DNA of 55,312 bases, the filler included, from Sphacelaria rigidula (taxonomy: Eukaryota), in assembly GCA_964200075.2 (NCBI GenBank). It is 5 parts of 5 records of this genome, joined end to end, with 100 filler letters (N's around TTAATTAATTAA, not from the genome) between each part and the next. Parts side by side here need not be neighbours in the genome. Positions count along the whole stretch, not along the records: positions 11,084 to 22,066 come from CAXNAA020005581.1; positions 22,167 to 33,148 come from CAXNAA020005582.1; 3 more parts are not named here. One strand, given 5' to 3'. Each line of letters begins with the position of its first letter. The first letter of the stretch is position 1. Of the stretch, positions 14,140 to 27,300 are shown piece after piece. The notes beneath the pieces were generated by a model. That model did not search any database, was not told where the DNA came from, and saw only the letters and a list, made by a program, of their open reading frames with translations. The position numbers and the translations under genes were made by a program.

Positions 14140-14412
14140 CTTCGCACCTTTTGAAGAAGAACTCGCATCATTCCCATTTCCACCACCATTACTAGTGCTA
14201 CCGCTACCTGGAGGTGTTGATGACATCCATCTGCTGCTGACAGCGCAGCTGCTCCTGCAGCGATCTAATGTAGGAGAACGGAATTTTGATGCGAGGGACG
14301 GAAGAATCAAGGAACTGATGGGTTTCTTGCTTGTTCCCACACTGAATTTCCTGCAGAACCTTGATGGAGCACCTCCGTAGGTGACTGCAATGAGCATCCG
14401 TCGAGAAGCCAT
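14140..14412 (-). CDS. Possible first coding exon of a mitochondrion-targeted protein of unknown function
   Basis: ACAATGGCT start context (like PUS10 ACAATGGCG). MASRRMLIAVTYGGAPSRFCRKFSVGTSKK...SSRWMSSTPP is R/S-rich, almost acid-free, with an R-x-x-S-S cleavage-like site, followed by a G/S/N linker. Candidate donors at 14147 (GTGCGA) or 14139 (GTTCGA). Upstream TTTTTAGTCTACAG acceptor near 14545. Downstream exons not identified. Confidence 0.35.
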
Positions 14413-15694
14413 TGTTGCGGAAATATGCTTGCACTGGCAGCGGCAGAGCGGGGCAATCGCAGCCGGTCGGTGTGCATATTTAAATACATTCGCGAGGATG
14501 TTATTTTCCCCATTTTCCCGTCTTTTCACCGACAACCCGAGACCTGTAGACTAAAAAGAGACAGCAGAGACAGAGCGATGAAGGCCTGGGAGCACGCTCC
14601 TGTGTGCGCCCATGTCAATTTTCACCTATCGTTTGATTGACGTCGATTTCTCACGACGGAGCATATCTTGATAGATTTCAAAGATACGAAAAGCCGCCCT
14701 GATGCACCTTGTCCTCCTCCCCCGTGGTCGCTAGTTCCGCCGCACCTTGCCAAATCCGCAATTCCGCCGCACCTTACCCGGGGTTTCTTATGCGGTTCAT
14801 GCTGTCAAGGCTCCTCTGCAATTCACCTTGACATATATCAATAAGTTGCACTCGACACACCTATCTCATCAATCACCCTGAACCGTGCCAAGGTCAAAAT
14901 AATTCTAAACTCAGAATCGTAGGTAGGCCGCCATGCACAGAGGGCCGGGGTGATATCCAACAACATATTAGATGAGAGGGCAGTAACGATCGAGCGTACC
15001 TGGGCGCAACAGGCGAGCGAAGCAGCTGGTGTGGCGACACGCAGGGTGATTCAGGGTGTAGAGTGCCTAACACTGGGATATATTGGTTGTCTCTAAGCAA
15101 TTTGCACGCCTGTACAATGACTCTTACTGGCTGGTTGCTTGTTCAACTCAATATTGTGAAAACTTTAGGATGAAGTGATGGTTTGTGACTGGCGGCATGT
15201 TGCCTTGTACTTCGTATAGCCCTCTAGTCTGAAGTGTACGATAGTACCGTGTGGCGCTGCACTGCAGTGCTTGTTCAGGCAGTACGAAACATCACTTTAT
15301 AGTAAAGCAGTACAACGCAGGTCTATCGTGTATCACGAGTGCAGCGTGTAGTGTTCATTTCAATTACGACAGACCGCAGTTAGTGCAGTTTTGTGCCGTG
15401 ATGGTGATTACACGGAACGAGCATTATAACTGTACGGTGTCGTGCGGAGGGCGAAACAGTGCGTACTAATCTTCTACATACAAGCGTCACAAAAGTAACG
15501 GAAAATGCTTCTGGACTACCGTTGTTGGGGGATGACACAGACGGATGACGCTTACACCCATTGTTTTGAAAGGATAACCGACTCGACCTGGCCGAACATA
15601 CTACCATCGATCAGGGAAATTTTTGCGAATTCGACGACGTAAGCCCATCGGCCGAAATGCAGGTTTGCGTTTAGTGTGGGCCATTATATCGTGC

Positions 15695-16062
15695 GCCGGT
15701 CGCCCGGGTGTCTCACTTGGCAACCTCGAAACCTTTTGACGGTTCGGACGTGGGTTCAAATCTCGGTGAAGTCACACGATCTGGATTTTTTTCTCGCATG
15801 ACCAACAGTGGAGAACGACTACGTCGTGAGACCGCAAAATTCGATATCACGATTAACGAGGGCTAGGAACTGCCGAGCCGATCTCGCGATAAAAAAAGGG
15901 CAAGCACCGTTGGAGGAAGGTGCGAGGGATGTGGAGTGCGAAGACAAAATAAAAACACAAACTCCTGTGATGATGGCCTTCGTTCTCTGTGACTCCGGCT
16001 GATGTGCCCACATATACCGAAACGTGCAGACTGGCGTTCAGAGTAGATGGGATGACAGCAAA
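15695..16062 (+). mobile_element. tRNA-derived SINE-like element (family S1), near full length
   Basis: Head GCCGGTCGCCCGGGTG... with B-box GGTTCAAATC (15753-15762). Body CAGTGGAGAACGACTACGTCGTG...TCTCGCGATAAAA...CTCCTGTG...GACTGGCGT is shared with many copies. Confidence 0.75.
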
Positions 16063-19000
16063 AACATTGTATTCGGATCTTCGCAGGTCTCACTATACTC
16101 TGGTCTTGGATCTTTGTGCAGCAAGTATTTTGGCTCAAATTGGCGCCTGCGGCGAAGACTAGAGTCTGCTAGCGCATACTCTGCCTAGAACACCCTACAC
16201 CCCAACTTGCCCGGGGGTTGTCGGTCTGCCTCGGGCTCGGGTACTCTGTTTTGGTTGCTGCTGCTTACTCGAGAGTATAGACAGTCCTCTGCTATTTTCT
16301 GGCCAGATGTTTCCCTCCGGAGGGATGTGTGCCCACTAGAGGTTTCACACATCGTATACTCTCGAGCAATCTTGACCTTCTAGAGTACTTTTTTCTGGCG
16401 AACTCTCAAGGTACCAGACTTGTGGCGAGTAACTCAATATTTGCAGTCTAGAATTTTTACGTGATATATGCTTTATAAGAATCTAGACTCTCTGCAGTAT
16501 ATATATACTCTCAAGCACATATATATCCTCCAGATGAAGTATAATATACTCCAGGGTATTGCTGAGGGGAAGTCGATCGATCATGTGTGGGGTTTTGGGG
16601 TTGGACGATGTACCATTACCTAGTCTTCAACCAGGGCTGAAACAAATTGGGAGGGGCGGGGGGAAGGATACATCACCTCAACTGAAAATACGGAGAGACT
16701 GGAATCTTACCCGCAGCTGTGCATATTTTTTCAAACGGGGGGAGCAATCTGAATCCAAGGGATTAAGCTGCCTCAAGTAGCCAAACCTGTGCCGTGTGTT
16801 GACTCGAGTCTTAACTCGAGTGTTTACAGCTGTCATGGGCTCCGAGGAAGAGTGTATTTTATACCGTACTGTGGACAAGCGAAAATCTGCTGGGCAATTT
16901 GCATCGTTCTAATTAAGTTTGTATCTTACCAAATCTGACCAACACTGAATTCAAACGACACGTGGATGCTGTGCAGTGTTCGGCACTCTTTTTTTGAAAT
17001 GCTAGCAGAAGTCGATCGTACGCCAGAGACCAGAGATAGCGGGCTTTTCTTGCGCCCCACGAGTATCCGAACGTCTGGTTTCTATGTGTTGAGTCGGAGT
17101 CCCACGACAGCGTGGAAGTACCACCATAGTTTGATACAGTTTCGATCCCTCTACAATGCGGCAACCACACCAGAGACAAACCGCCGCGGTCACATAGCCC
17201 AGCAGCCAGATACAAGGGAATCTCCTCAAGCCTACTGAGAGCCCTGCCATGATCCTCTTTGGCGATGCGATGTGTGGCAGCTTCATGGCTGGAATGCTTG
17301 TTCTGCAGGAAACGGGCGTGTGTTTGATGTATGTCACGTGCAACGCGACTGGGTACACGGTCTCCATCTCTGAAAGGTTAGCCCAGATTGCTCTCTGCCA
17401 CTGTTCGTTCATGCTTTTCCTGTTTGTGCCTGGTTTTGGTTTTGTTCCCGTCGTTTGTCTTATTCTTGTTTTTCAGTCTACTCCGATACTTCCATCTTTT
17501 TGTTTTCCTCTTTTGTGAGTGGTTCTACCGTAAGGGTGCACTTTTTAGTCCAAAAGTTTTCTGACGCTGCACACTCAGACCCAAGTGTTTGTTATTCAGA
17601 GACTCCGAAGCTGCAGAGCCCCAGAAAAATAATGTACACTCGTACAGTAGAACTAATCGTCTCGTTTTTCTCACCGAGCGTTTTAGTTTTGTTTTACGTT
17701 CGGTACTTCCACCTTGTGCTCACGGCCAAGTCCCTCGGGGATCGCCTCATGTGCGACGATCACTCGATCGATCATATCAATCAAAGTGTGCAGTGAGGTC
17801 TACTGGTTGAGGTGAGAGCACGAGTTGACGTGACTTGGGATATAAAATTGAAAGCGCTGGTGTTTCGGACAAACACGTGTGGACGTACGTGAATAGTATT
17901 ATGTTTACCCCAAATTTATATTTCGATTCTCGTTTCCCGTTTGTGCTCTGTCCTCTCCCGCAAAACAATGTATGTATATTTCGAAGTATATAGTAAAATG
18001 GTCGAAGCGCGGTCCCGTGCAGTGAGCTCCAGATGCTGTACAGTACGGTACCGGCTTGTACAAGGCTAGGGTCACACACGTTGGTACCGTTCCGTTAGTA
18101 TGACGACCCATCGCATTGTGATGACCCGCCACCATAACCACATATATGTGCATGATGGCGATAGTCCCCCTCAAACCAGCCCCATAACTGCCATGAAGAA
18201 TATAGCCATACAGCGCATGATAGCTGGTTTCAGGATGTATGAAACGCCTCATATGGGCGGCATCGGCGAAAACGATCCCAAGCGTGGAAGCCGGTGTGCC
18301 GGCTTTTTTCATTTTGATTTACATGTAGACTTTGCCTCCTCAAACTAGTTACTTTTCCGGGGAGGGCTATCGCGGTATCAGCCTTGTGCCTGATGATTCG
18401 ATCTCGTGGACGTGAAATTACGGGCGACGAATGTGCCTTACTACATACTCTAAACGTCGCGGACGGACAACGATCGATGAACAAAATGTGTCACGACTCT
18501 TCACGTGCAAGTCAAGCTCTAGTATGATTATCTTTGGACCGAGATGAAGTAGCTTACACCGGGTCATGTGCAATCGTGCGGACAAGTAAAATATGCCCCG
18601 GAGCAAACCGTAACTCCTCGGTTTGTAATACAATCATGCCCGGACGTGACTGAAAATCGGCGAAACGGCGTTTTGTGCTTTTCCCCTGAAATCGCGCGTA
18701 TTTCACCGACAGAGCTTTTGACACGGCCATCCGGTTTAGTGAATCTACCTCGGCCAGTAGCTGGGTATCAGGGTGGGGGGGGCGCAAACCACTGTTGAGT
18801 GTACGAATGTATTTATGCATAAATGAATATTATGGTGTCCCCTTGAGGCCGTGTCTTATCCAAATTGATTTCGTGTCGAAAGCGTATGGTCGAATCGAAT
18901 TCGCTCGTTTTTTATTTGTCCACGCTAATTATTTTCTCAGATGGTTGAGAACATGAATGCCGTGGACGTATCAGGTACGAGTATATTCGATTCCACCGTA

Positions 19001-19089
19001 CATTTTCGAGTCGAAGACAATTTGATAAGACATGACCTGAGTCGATCGGATGCCAAATTTCAAATGCAGATCCATAGAAAAAAATCGAC

Positions 19090-19305
19090 TCAACGGTCGA
19101 CGAGGGAAGGGGACTGCTCAACCCCTCTCGCGACAAAATATGAAGGCAAGCACCGCAGAAGGAAGATGGATAACTAGAACAAACAAAAAGGATAAACTCC
19201 TGTGTTGGCCTTCCTCGTGTGTGACCCTGGCTGGTGCGCCCACATACACCGAAAGATGTAGATCGGCGTCCAGAATAGACGGGACGACAACACAACACAC
19301 ACACC
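19090..19305 (+). mobile_element. SINE S1, 3' half
   Basis: GGTCGACGAGGGAAGGGGACTG...AAACTCCTGTGTTGGCCTTCC...GGCGTCCAGAATAGA followed by a (CA/CAA)n tail. Confidence 0.75.
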
Positions 19306-19536
19306 ACAGATTCATTCGTCGGGAGATTCTCCGATACGACGATGAAACAGCAGTTCCCAGGGTTTTGACGCTGGGTGCCAGGGTACAGGACATGTCAATA
19401 ATTTTCAATTCAGAACTGAGTGTTCATATATATATATATATATATGCATGTATATATGTACGTACGTATATATTCGCTAAGAACCCAGCTGCGGTCACAA
19501 AGTAGATGTACCCAAGGTAAATAGGCAGAAGCACTC

Positions 19537-19914
19537 GCCGGTCGCCCCGGTGGCTTACTTAGTGACCTCGAGATCTTCTGGCGGTTGAGAGGTGGTATCG
19601 AATGTCGGTGAAGTCACACGATCTGGGATTTTTGCTCGAAACGTGCCGAACAGTGGAGAGCGACTACGTCGTGGGTACAAAAAGTTGGACTTCACAGTCG
19701 ACGAGGGAAAATGACCACTAAAACATTCTCGCGATAAAAACTAAGGCAAAAAACGCACAAGGAAGGCGTAGTGCTAAAACATAAGGAAAAAGTAAACCTC
19801 CTGTGCTGACCTTCCTCCTGCTGTATGACCCCGGCTGGCACGATCATATATACCCAAAGGTGTAGACTGGCGTCCAGAGTAAGTGGGATGACAACACACA
19901 CACATGAACACACA
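19537..19914 (+). mobile_element. SINE S1, full-length copy
   Basis: GCCGGTCGCCCCGGTGGCTTACTTAGT head, GAAGTCACACGATCTGG, shared body and (CA)n tail. Further fragments at ~5189-5230 (+), ~38455-38635 (-), ~39410-39503 (-), ~41800-41958 (+), ~45608-45829 (+). Confidence 0.78.
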
Positions 19915-20680
19915 CGCCAGAGCAAACTACAAAAACAGGATGAAAAAGGAACGAATGATCGCGCAGCGCAAACTGAACGGAGGAACTGCAAGAAAGCAAC
20001 GCTACACAAAAGCGTTAGGGTAAGATCTAGTACCGACCCCGACTAAAAATCTATCTCAGGTCCATGCCGTATACCATGATACAGGGATTCCGTATAAAAT
20101 GCGGTAGAATAGGATGAGTCCTAATAAGACTTGGGGCAGTACCCATATCACAGACGCCTTTTATGAGCCTTTTCGTGTGTCCTGTGGTCGACAGGAAGAC
20201 GACGGTAGAGAGAATATTTTCGCTGACTAGAGGTGAGGATGTTTTTCTTGTATTTTTCAGAAGTCTTGCGGAAATTTTGAGTGCCCAAGCCAACAATGCC
20301 TGCAGAGAATCGATTGTAAGTTTTTGACATCTGGTTCCCCACGAGTTTTTCTTTCCTTCCACCAAATTTACGAGATTTTTGTTGCCCGCTCAACTTTGGG
20401 CGGTGTTGTTCATCTGTCACGCCCCTCGGAGCCGCGATTCGAGTTCTGGAACTGTACTTCAAACCATTTCTCTTGGGTGTCGCCAATATGAAGCAATGAG
20501 TCTTCGACAGACACTCGTGGTATTTTCCCCGCTTATTCAAGCATTTATCAATGAAAACGAACAAAACAATGAACTGACACACATGAACATAGAGCCATGA
20601 GCCTAGAAGCCTGAAAGCTTAAAAGCCAAGAACAAAAAAGGAACAGGAAAGAGAGTAAACGAAGAAGGAAGGGAAGAGGA

Positions 20681-20685
<5 letters not shown>

Positions 20686-20718
<33 letters not shown>
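20686..20718. repeat. (GA)n microsatellite
   Basis: Perfect GA dinucleotide run. Confidence 0.95.
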
Positions 20719-20719
<1 letters not shown>

Positions 20720-22066
20720 ATAAAAAGGGGGTCAAGAAAGAGAAGGAACCCCCCAAAAACAAACAGAACAGAAACAGGAAATGTAATTTGGAAAACACGG
20801 CGAAAAGTGCAAGCCAAGGAAAAAAGCCAACCTCCCCCCTCCCCCCTCCGCTACGGCGCTTCGCGCTTTGTAATTGATTGCGAGCCTGGTTCGGCGAAAA
20901 CCCGGCGTGCTCCGTCCTGGCTTCGAAGGGATGCGAGGCCATTTGTATCATGACTATGGCACGCAAGATCATGACTACACCCAGCCCCCCTCCTGTCCCA
21001 TGTATACCCAATTTGGTGTCCCGCCGGAAAATTCTCCAAGATGATGAAGCAACACTAAGTCATAAGAAAAGCTCAATAAGTGGTACCGTAAGCACCATAT
21101 TGTGAACGTCAAATTGCAAACTGCCTCCAAGACTGGGTGTAGTGTACACAGAGAACTTGACTAATAGCAGCGTCAGCAGTATGCTCACGAGGGAACACAT
21201 ACAAAAATAGAACATCTATGGAATCCTTCCCACAAAATACCTGCCGTGAGCTTACGACTCAACACACAAGAAAACCAACAACCATGTAACCGTCGCAATA
21301 AGGTGTTCCCCCTCACACGAGCCTACTGCCCGAGAGGCGGCAACTACTCGCCTTGAGAGTTGGAGAATGGAAGCGGCGTACCGCTGTACTTACGGCAAAG
21401 AGGGCTGCTCTGTTCTCCTGGCTCGATTTATTGCTACCCTGCTGCATCTAAGAACATTTGGAGAGGGGAGGGCGGGCGTGCTCATCTGTTGCTTGCCTTA
21501 GTCGCTTGACCATTGACCACGCATCCCTTTCGAGACGAAGCAAAGGGAGGGGGCTACTGTAAAGTACTGATTGTATAGTTATACTGCTCTGACTATACCG
21601 GTTACTACTTTCTAGTCGGCGCTATCCTACCCTGTGGCGTGCTTCAGTATCGCGCAGTAGGGGGTCGACTTGTACACAGACACCCACGGTGGCATTCAAC
21701 TGTATGCTACCGCACTCGTATTTTCACCATCGGAGACGGACCCCTGCACTACAACCAGCACCCCAAACCTAACGGGCTGCCGCGACAAAAACACGGGAAA
21801 AGGCGCACTCGTGATTCATCCCACCGAGGGAGAGATCCACACAGAGACAGACAAGATTCGAGCTGACTGTACACCCAGGTCACCGGAGTCAGTCGCTTTG
21901 TTTTTTTCCCCATCAGAATGGAGAATAAAAATGATCACGCACCACACGCAACCCACTGCTCGAAAACAGAGCGTAGCCAACGCGCAACCAAGCACCATGA
22001 ATCTCTCAAGGCGTGCTTTGTTACACATGACCCTGGAGCGGTTTGCTTTGCTGCTCGTGGCGAGAA

Positions 22067-22166
22067 NNNNNNNNNNNNNNNNNNNNNNNNNNNNNNNNNN
22101 NNNNNNNNNNTTAATTAATTAANNNNNNNNNNNNNNNNNNNNNNNNNNNNNNNNNNNNNNNNNNNN
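22067..22166. other. Artificial 100-nt spacer
   Basis: N44-TTAATTAATTAA-N44. Confidence 0.97.
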
Positions 22167-22508
22167 GGGGAGGGATGGGGGAGAGGGCGGATGGGGGGGG
22201 GGGGGGGGGGTGTCGGCGACATTGAATGTACGGTTCTGGAAAATTTAGAAAAGATATTAGGACTATTTGGCGCGATCTGTAAGCACAAGTAACTAAACAA
22301 CAGGAATACAAGTGTGATGAATACCACGAGTGTCCTGATTTAGAATGCAGGGCAGTCGTGTCACCAGAGAGAAGAAGGGGCGCTCGTGCCCGAGGGAATG
22401 CTCCAAATCAAGGACCAGTGCCGTGATACAGTAATGAAGGACACCACAGTACAAAAATGACCAAGTGGGTGAAGAGTACAGTCGGCGGAAAAGAGTCGCA
22501 AATGAACG

Positions 22509-24365
22509 CCGGTTGTATATCTTCGTGTTGGGTGTTTCTCCCGGCTCTCCTGTTGTTCGTACGTCAACGTTTGCTTTCAAAGGTATATGGTGTTTGCCTG
22601 CTTCATATAGACTGTGTGCTTGTAGAAATACGATCGACGCCGGGTGCGTATTTCCTTTCTGTTTTCCCCGCGCCCCCCGTTCTATTCAACGTGGAAGAAT
22701 TCGATTCTCGGATTGGTCACCATGTCGTGGTCTGATCACGAAGTGATACTGGTTTCGCTCTCGAAGAACATGCTAGGCCAGGGGTGACACGGGGTCAGCG
22801 GCTGGCTATGGTAAACAATTGAAGTCGAGAGGAATGACCCTTGAACTCGTGAGTAACAGACCCTCGAGTCCGGCCAGTACTGCACCATAAGGCCAAGCAG
22901 GGACTCATTTTCACGTGCAGAAGAGGTGCTCTTGACTTGCTTGCAAGCGAGATGTTTCCAAGTTGTGGCTGATAGCTCTGTTATTAGTCTTAGCTAGGTA
23001 GCTAAACACGAGTGACCAGGCTGGGTTGATACTGCGAAACCCCACTGGATAAACCACACTAACGCACAGCTGGAATACGACCTATCGCCCATATCACGCA
23101 CATCGAGAACGCCTTCTATATAAGCGACTGATATCCGCCGCCACAACTCCACTCCCCCTAACTGCTGCCTAATGTTGTGTACCCAAGATGTTTTGCTTGA
23201 GCTGCCTGGACCACCAAGATTTCAAAACCCCGTAGTCCCGTATCTACCGATCTGACATGCGTCGCGTGTATCGTGCGTGTATGGATAGCGTGCGCACTGG
23301 CTGGCCGGAGCTGGCCCGTCTCGCGCCACAGATGGCAGACTGTATAGGTGCCGCCACTACGAGTAAGAAGAGTTGATTCGAAAGTTGTTCAGGAGTGATG
23401 CTACGGTAGGGGTGCAGAAATATTTTCTGAGGTTAGAATTGTTAGGAGCCCTTTATATCATGCAAAACACGACCTGTGAAAATGTGTGAAAGTACGCCAG
23501 GATCACTTTTCCTATGTGCTAGAGATATCCCGAATAAATTTGCAAGAGGGGATGGTCTGATCCATATTTTCGTGCATCTAGAATCGTGAGGAGCCCCTGA
23601 ACTAGACATAATTTCGCGAAAAAAGTGCCCCCCTACCGTAGCATTGCTCTCAGGTACTAGGGGTGACACCGCCGAGCACTCTTTACGCAGAACATCAAGC
23701 AGCTGACGTGAACGTGTTTCTCTCTGGCGTAAGCGACAGCCTGTATCAGCGCGCCGCTTCCTATCGAAGGTATCCCGCGCGCCTGCTTTGCGATGGCTTG
23801 GTGCTTGCTTGTGGGAACTCGATCGACGCCGGTTGTGTATCTTCGTGCTGGGTGTTTCTCCCCGCTCTCCTATTGTACGTACGTCAACGTTTGCTTTCAA
23901 AGGTATATGGTGTGTGCTTGCTTCATATAGACTGTGTGCTTATAGAAATACGACCGACGCCGGGTGCGTATTTCCTTTCTGTTTTCCCCGCCCCCCCGTT
24001 CTGCTCCGTCTCGAAAGGGATGCGTGGTCAATGGTCAAATGACTAAGGCAAGCAACAAATGAGTACGCCCCCCGTTCTATTCAACGGCTCCACTCCCCCT
24101 ACCTGCTGCCTAAAGTTGTATACCCAAGATGTTTTGCTTGAGCTGCCTGGACCACCAAGATTTCAAAACCCCGTAGTCCCGTATCTACCGATCTGACATG
24201 CGTCGCGTGTATCGTGCGTGTATGGACAGCGTGCGCACTGGCTGACCAGAGCTGGCCCGTCTCGCGCCACAGATTGCAGACTGTATAGGTGCCGCCACTA
24301 CGAGTAAGAAGAGTTGATTCGAAAGTTGTTCAGGTACCATGGGTGACATGAAGATATACAACCGG
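22509..24365. mobile_element. Non-coding compound repeat with split direct repeats A1-X-B1-Y-A2-B2 and 20-bp terminal inverted repeats
   Basis: A1 22509-22691 ~ A2 23829-24086; B1 23147-23393 ~ B2 24088-24334. CCGGTTGTATATCTTCGTGT (22509-22528) is inverted at 24346-24365. Confidence 0.6.
23394..23650. mobile_element. MITE family M copy with target-site duplication
   Basis: AGTGATGCTACGGTAGGGG...CCCCTACCGTAGCATTGCTCT flanked by CAGG on both sides (23390-23393 and 23651-23654). The paralogous empty site GTTGTTCAGGTAC is visible at 24325-24337. Confidence 0.8.
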
Positions 24366-27300
24366 ACATCAACCCCAAGCAAACACTGGCATCGCCAATC
24401 CAGCTTCCGCGACAGTACCATCGAATGACCAAGGCCAACATATTTCGACACGTTTGGCTGAAACCGTGCTTGACTCATGTCAACCACCAAACGGCGTGGG
24501 AGTTTCCTTCCTTCAGGTTCTCATGTCACTGACAAACCCTGTACAGTAAGTCATTTTTTTCCAAGATGGCAGTTGACAGTGGGTCCAGCGGGCATTCTTT
24601 GGATAATCAGCTATTGCCGAATATCGGACGTGAAATGGTTGATTACGTGAAGCTCGATCCACCCATGAGTATCCTTACTGCTGGACGTCATCTACTATAT
24701 GGTACGGGAAGAGGCGTTCTCACCACCATCGTCACTGATTCTCAGGGGATCGAGCGTACTGCTCGGCTCCTCGCAGTAACTGTTCCATGTCTCGAGAAAC
24801 ATGTGTTCTCGCCTACTGAGGCACAAATGAAAGGCATATCGACAATTTCCCCCAGGAATTCCCATTAGACCTTGGAACCTTCAAAGTGCCTACCGGCAGG
24901 GGCCTCAGCGGAACACTCCTGTACCTCCACTTGAAGATTTCTCAGAAACCAGGGATCGACAACTACAGCTCAGCACTGACGGCCACGACTATGTCAGGGG
25001 AACTTATGGGCATCGGCACCGTTCATGTAGCAGAAACAGTTCAAGACATGGCCGGTTCGACAACCCTGTCTACCACCGTGGGAGCAGACGTATGGCACAA
25101 GCGACTCGGACATCCTACGGAACAGGCCATGCGACGTCTTTAGAATATCCCCCAAACAGGTGTAAGGATTGAAGGGTCGCGATCGCCTTGTGAAACCTGC
25201 AAAATAAATAAGAGCGTACAGCAGGATCATTCCAAAACTGTAGACTCCACCAATGTTTCGGGGCGATTTCAACTGGTCAGCACTGACCTGTCAGGACCCA
25301 TTACACCTGCTGCAATAGGAGGCTATAGGTGCATGGCAAAATTTACGGAGTATCACACGCGGTTCAAGGTGGTGTACTTTATAAAGATAACGGACGAAAC
25401 TCTCACTACGCTCTGCCGGTTCATCCAAGATCTGGCTATTCCTTTGGGGCTCCCCGTGCACCGCCTACGGTCTGACCGCGGAGGTGAATATATTGCGGAC
25501 TACTTTAGAATATACTGCAAAACAACGGGTATTCTTTAGTAATTCACTGCCCCATACACTCCTCAACAAAATGGCATTTCCGAGCGAGACGGAAGAACTG
25601 TCCTGAATATGACGCGCTGCCTCCTGAATGAAGCAAGTTTGCCGAAGATTCTCTGGGGGGAGATTGCGGGAACTGCTGTCTTCTTGATCAACCGCTTGCC
25701 GCACACTAGCATCGGAGGAGACACCCCATACTATCGGATGTTCCTCGAACAACCGAAACTGTCGTTTTTGAGAGCCATCGGTTCAAGGGCGCTCGTGCAC
25801 AAGGAACGCCATCAGAGTAAATTAGGGGGAAAAGCTTGGGAAGGAGTATTAACAGGATATGATTATGATAGTCCATCTTACCCTATCTACGACCACTACT
25901 CCGGGAGGATATCGAGCTCCCGTGATGTCACCTGTATCGAGCAAGTAGTCGGAACTCCTCACAGTGAAGAAGATTTTTCTGCATCGGACATCCTAGGGAT
26001 CGACGATGTCGAACATGATCATCAACAACACGACGAGACCAACAACTTCAACCTCAACATCTACGATGGAATCGCCCAGCTCGAAGATAACATCATCATC
26101 GACACTTCACCAATCAAAGGTCACCTAACCACTCCAATGAATTAACGTTCGTCTGGCAGTGTTAAACACTCCACATCTGCACCGACTAATCAACGCCAAG
26201 ATATAAAACTGCGGCGACTAGCTCTTACATCTACAGAGCTCTTGCATACCACTATGGCACTCGAAACGGTATGCCAGTACATCGGAGCTGTTGGTATCGA
26301 ACAAGTTGTGCCACCCGCGTCCATTTCGGTTCCTCTTAATTATCGCCAAGCATCTTGTTCGCCTTATGCAAAAAAAGTGGAGGGCAGCAATGCTGGACGA
26401 ACTTCAAAGCATTAAAGATAATCAGGTGGCCGATATCACCCCTGCTGGCTCCGTACCTCCTAACACCAACATCATCGGCACGAGATGGGTCTCCAAGGTC
26501 AAAGCTGACGGACGATTTAAAGCTCGACTGGTGGTCGAAGGGTGGGCTCAGAGGCATGGACTCGACTGCGGAAGTACCTTCGCCCCTCTTTGCCGGCTAG
26601 AAAGCCAGCGATTGCTACTGGCAATTGCCACTGCAAAAAATTGACCCATTTTAGCCCTCGACGTCCAAACAGCATTTCTCAACGGGAAGCTTCAAGAAAC
26701 GGTGTTTTGCAAACAAGCGCCTGGCTTCGAAAGTCTTGACCCTACCACAGGAAAGCCGCATGTGATGAAGCTTAGGAGAGCTCTTTATGGACTACGCGAG
26801 AGTCCAAACGTGTGGAACTCTACGATCGACACCGAGTTGAAAACATTGGGCTTTTCCGCCACCGCATGTGACCCGTGTGTTTACACAAAAGGGTCCCATG
26901 GTGGTCATATCATGCTGACACTATTTGTAGATGACATACTAATGACAGGTCCATCTATCAACCTGCTCCACGAAGTACAAGATTTGCTGAAGACGAAGTT
27001 CTCCATCTCCGAGCTAGGACCGGTATCTCTTATCCTTCGAATGGAGGTAATCAGAGATGAAGCACGAGGGACTCTAAAGCTATGGCAGCATAACTACGTA
27101 AAATATCTACTTCTAAAATTTGGGATGGATTCATCTAACCCGGTTCACACACCCGGGACCCCAGGCCAACTATTTGAAGACACACCCGAAGACAACTTCC
27201 TGGGGCTGTCAGAGAGAACGAAGTACCAACCCATGGTCGGGAGTCTAATATTTTTGGCGCAGAGCACAAGATTCGACATTGCATTTAGTGTTTCTCAAGT

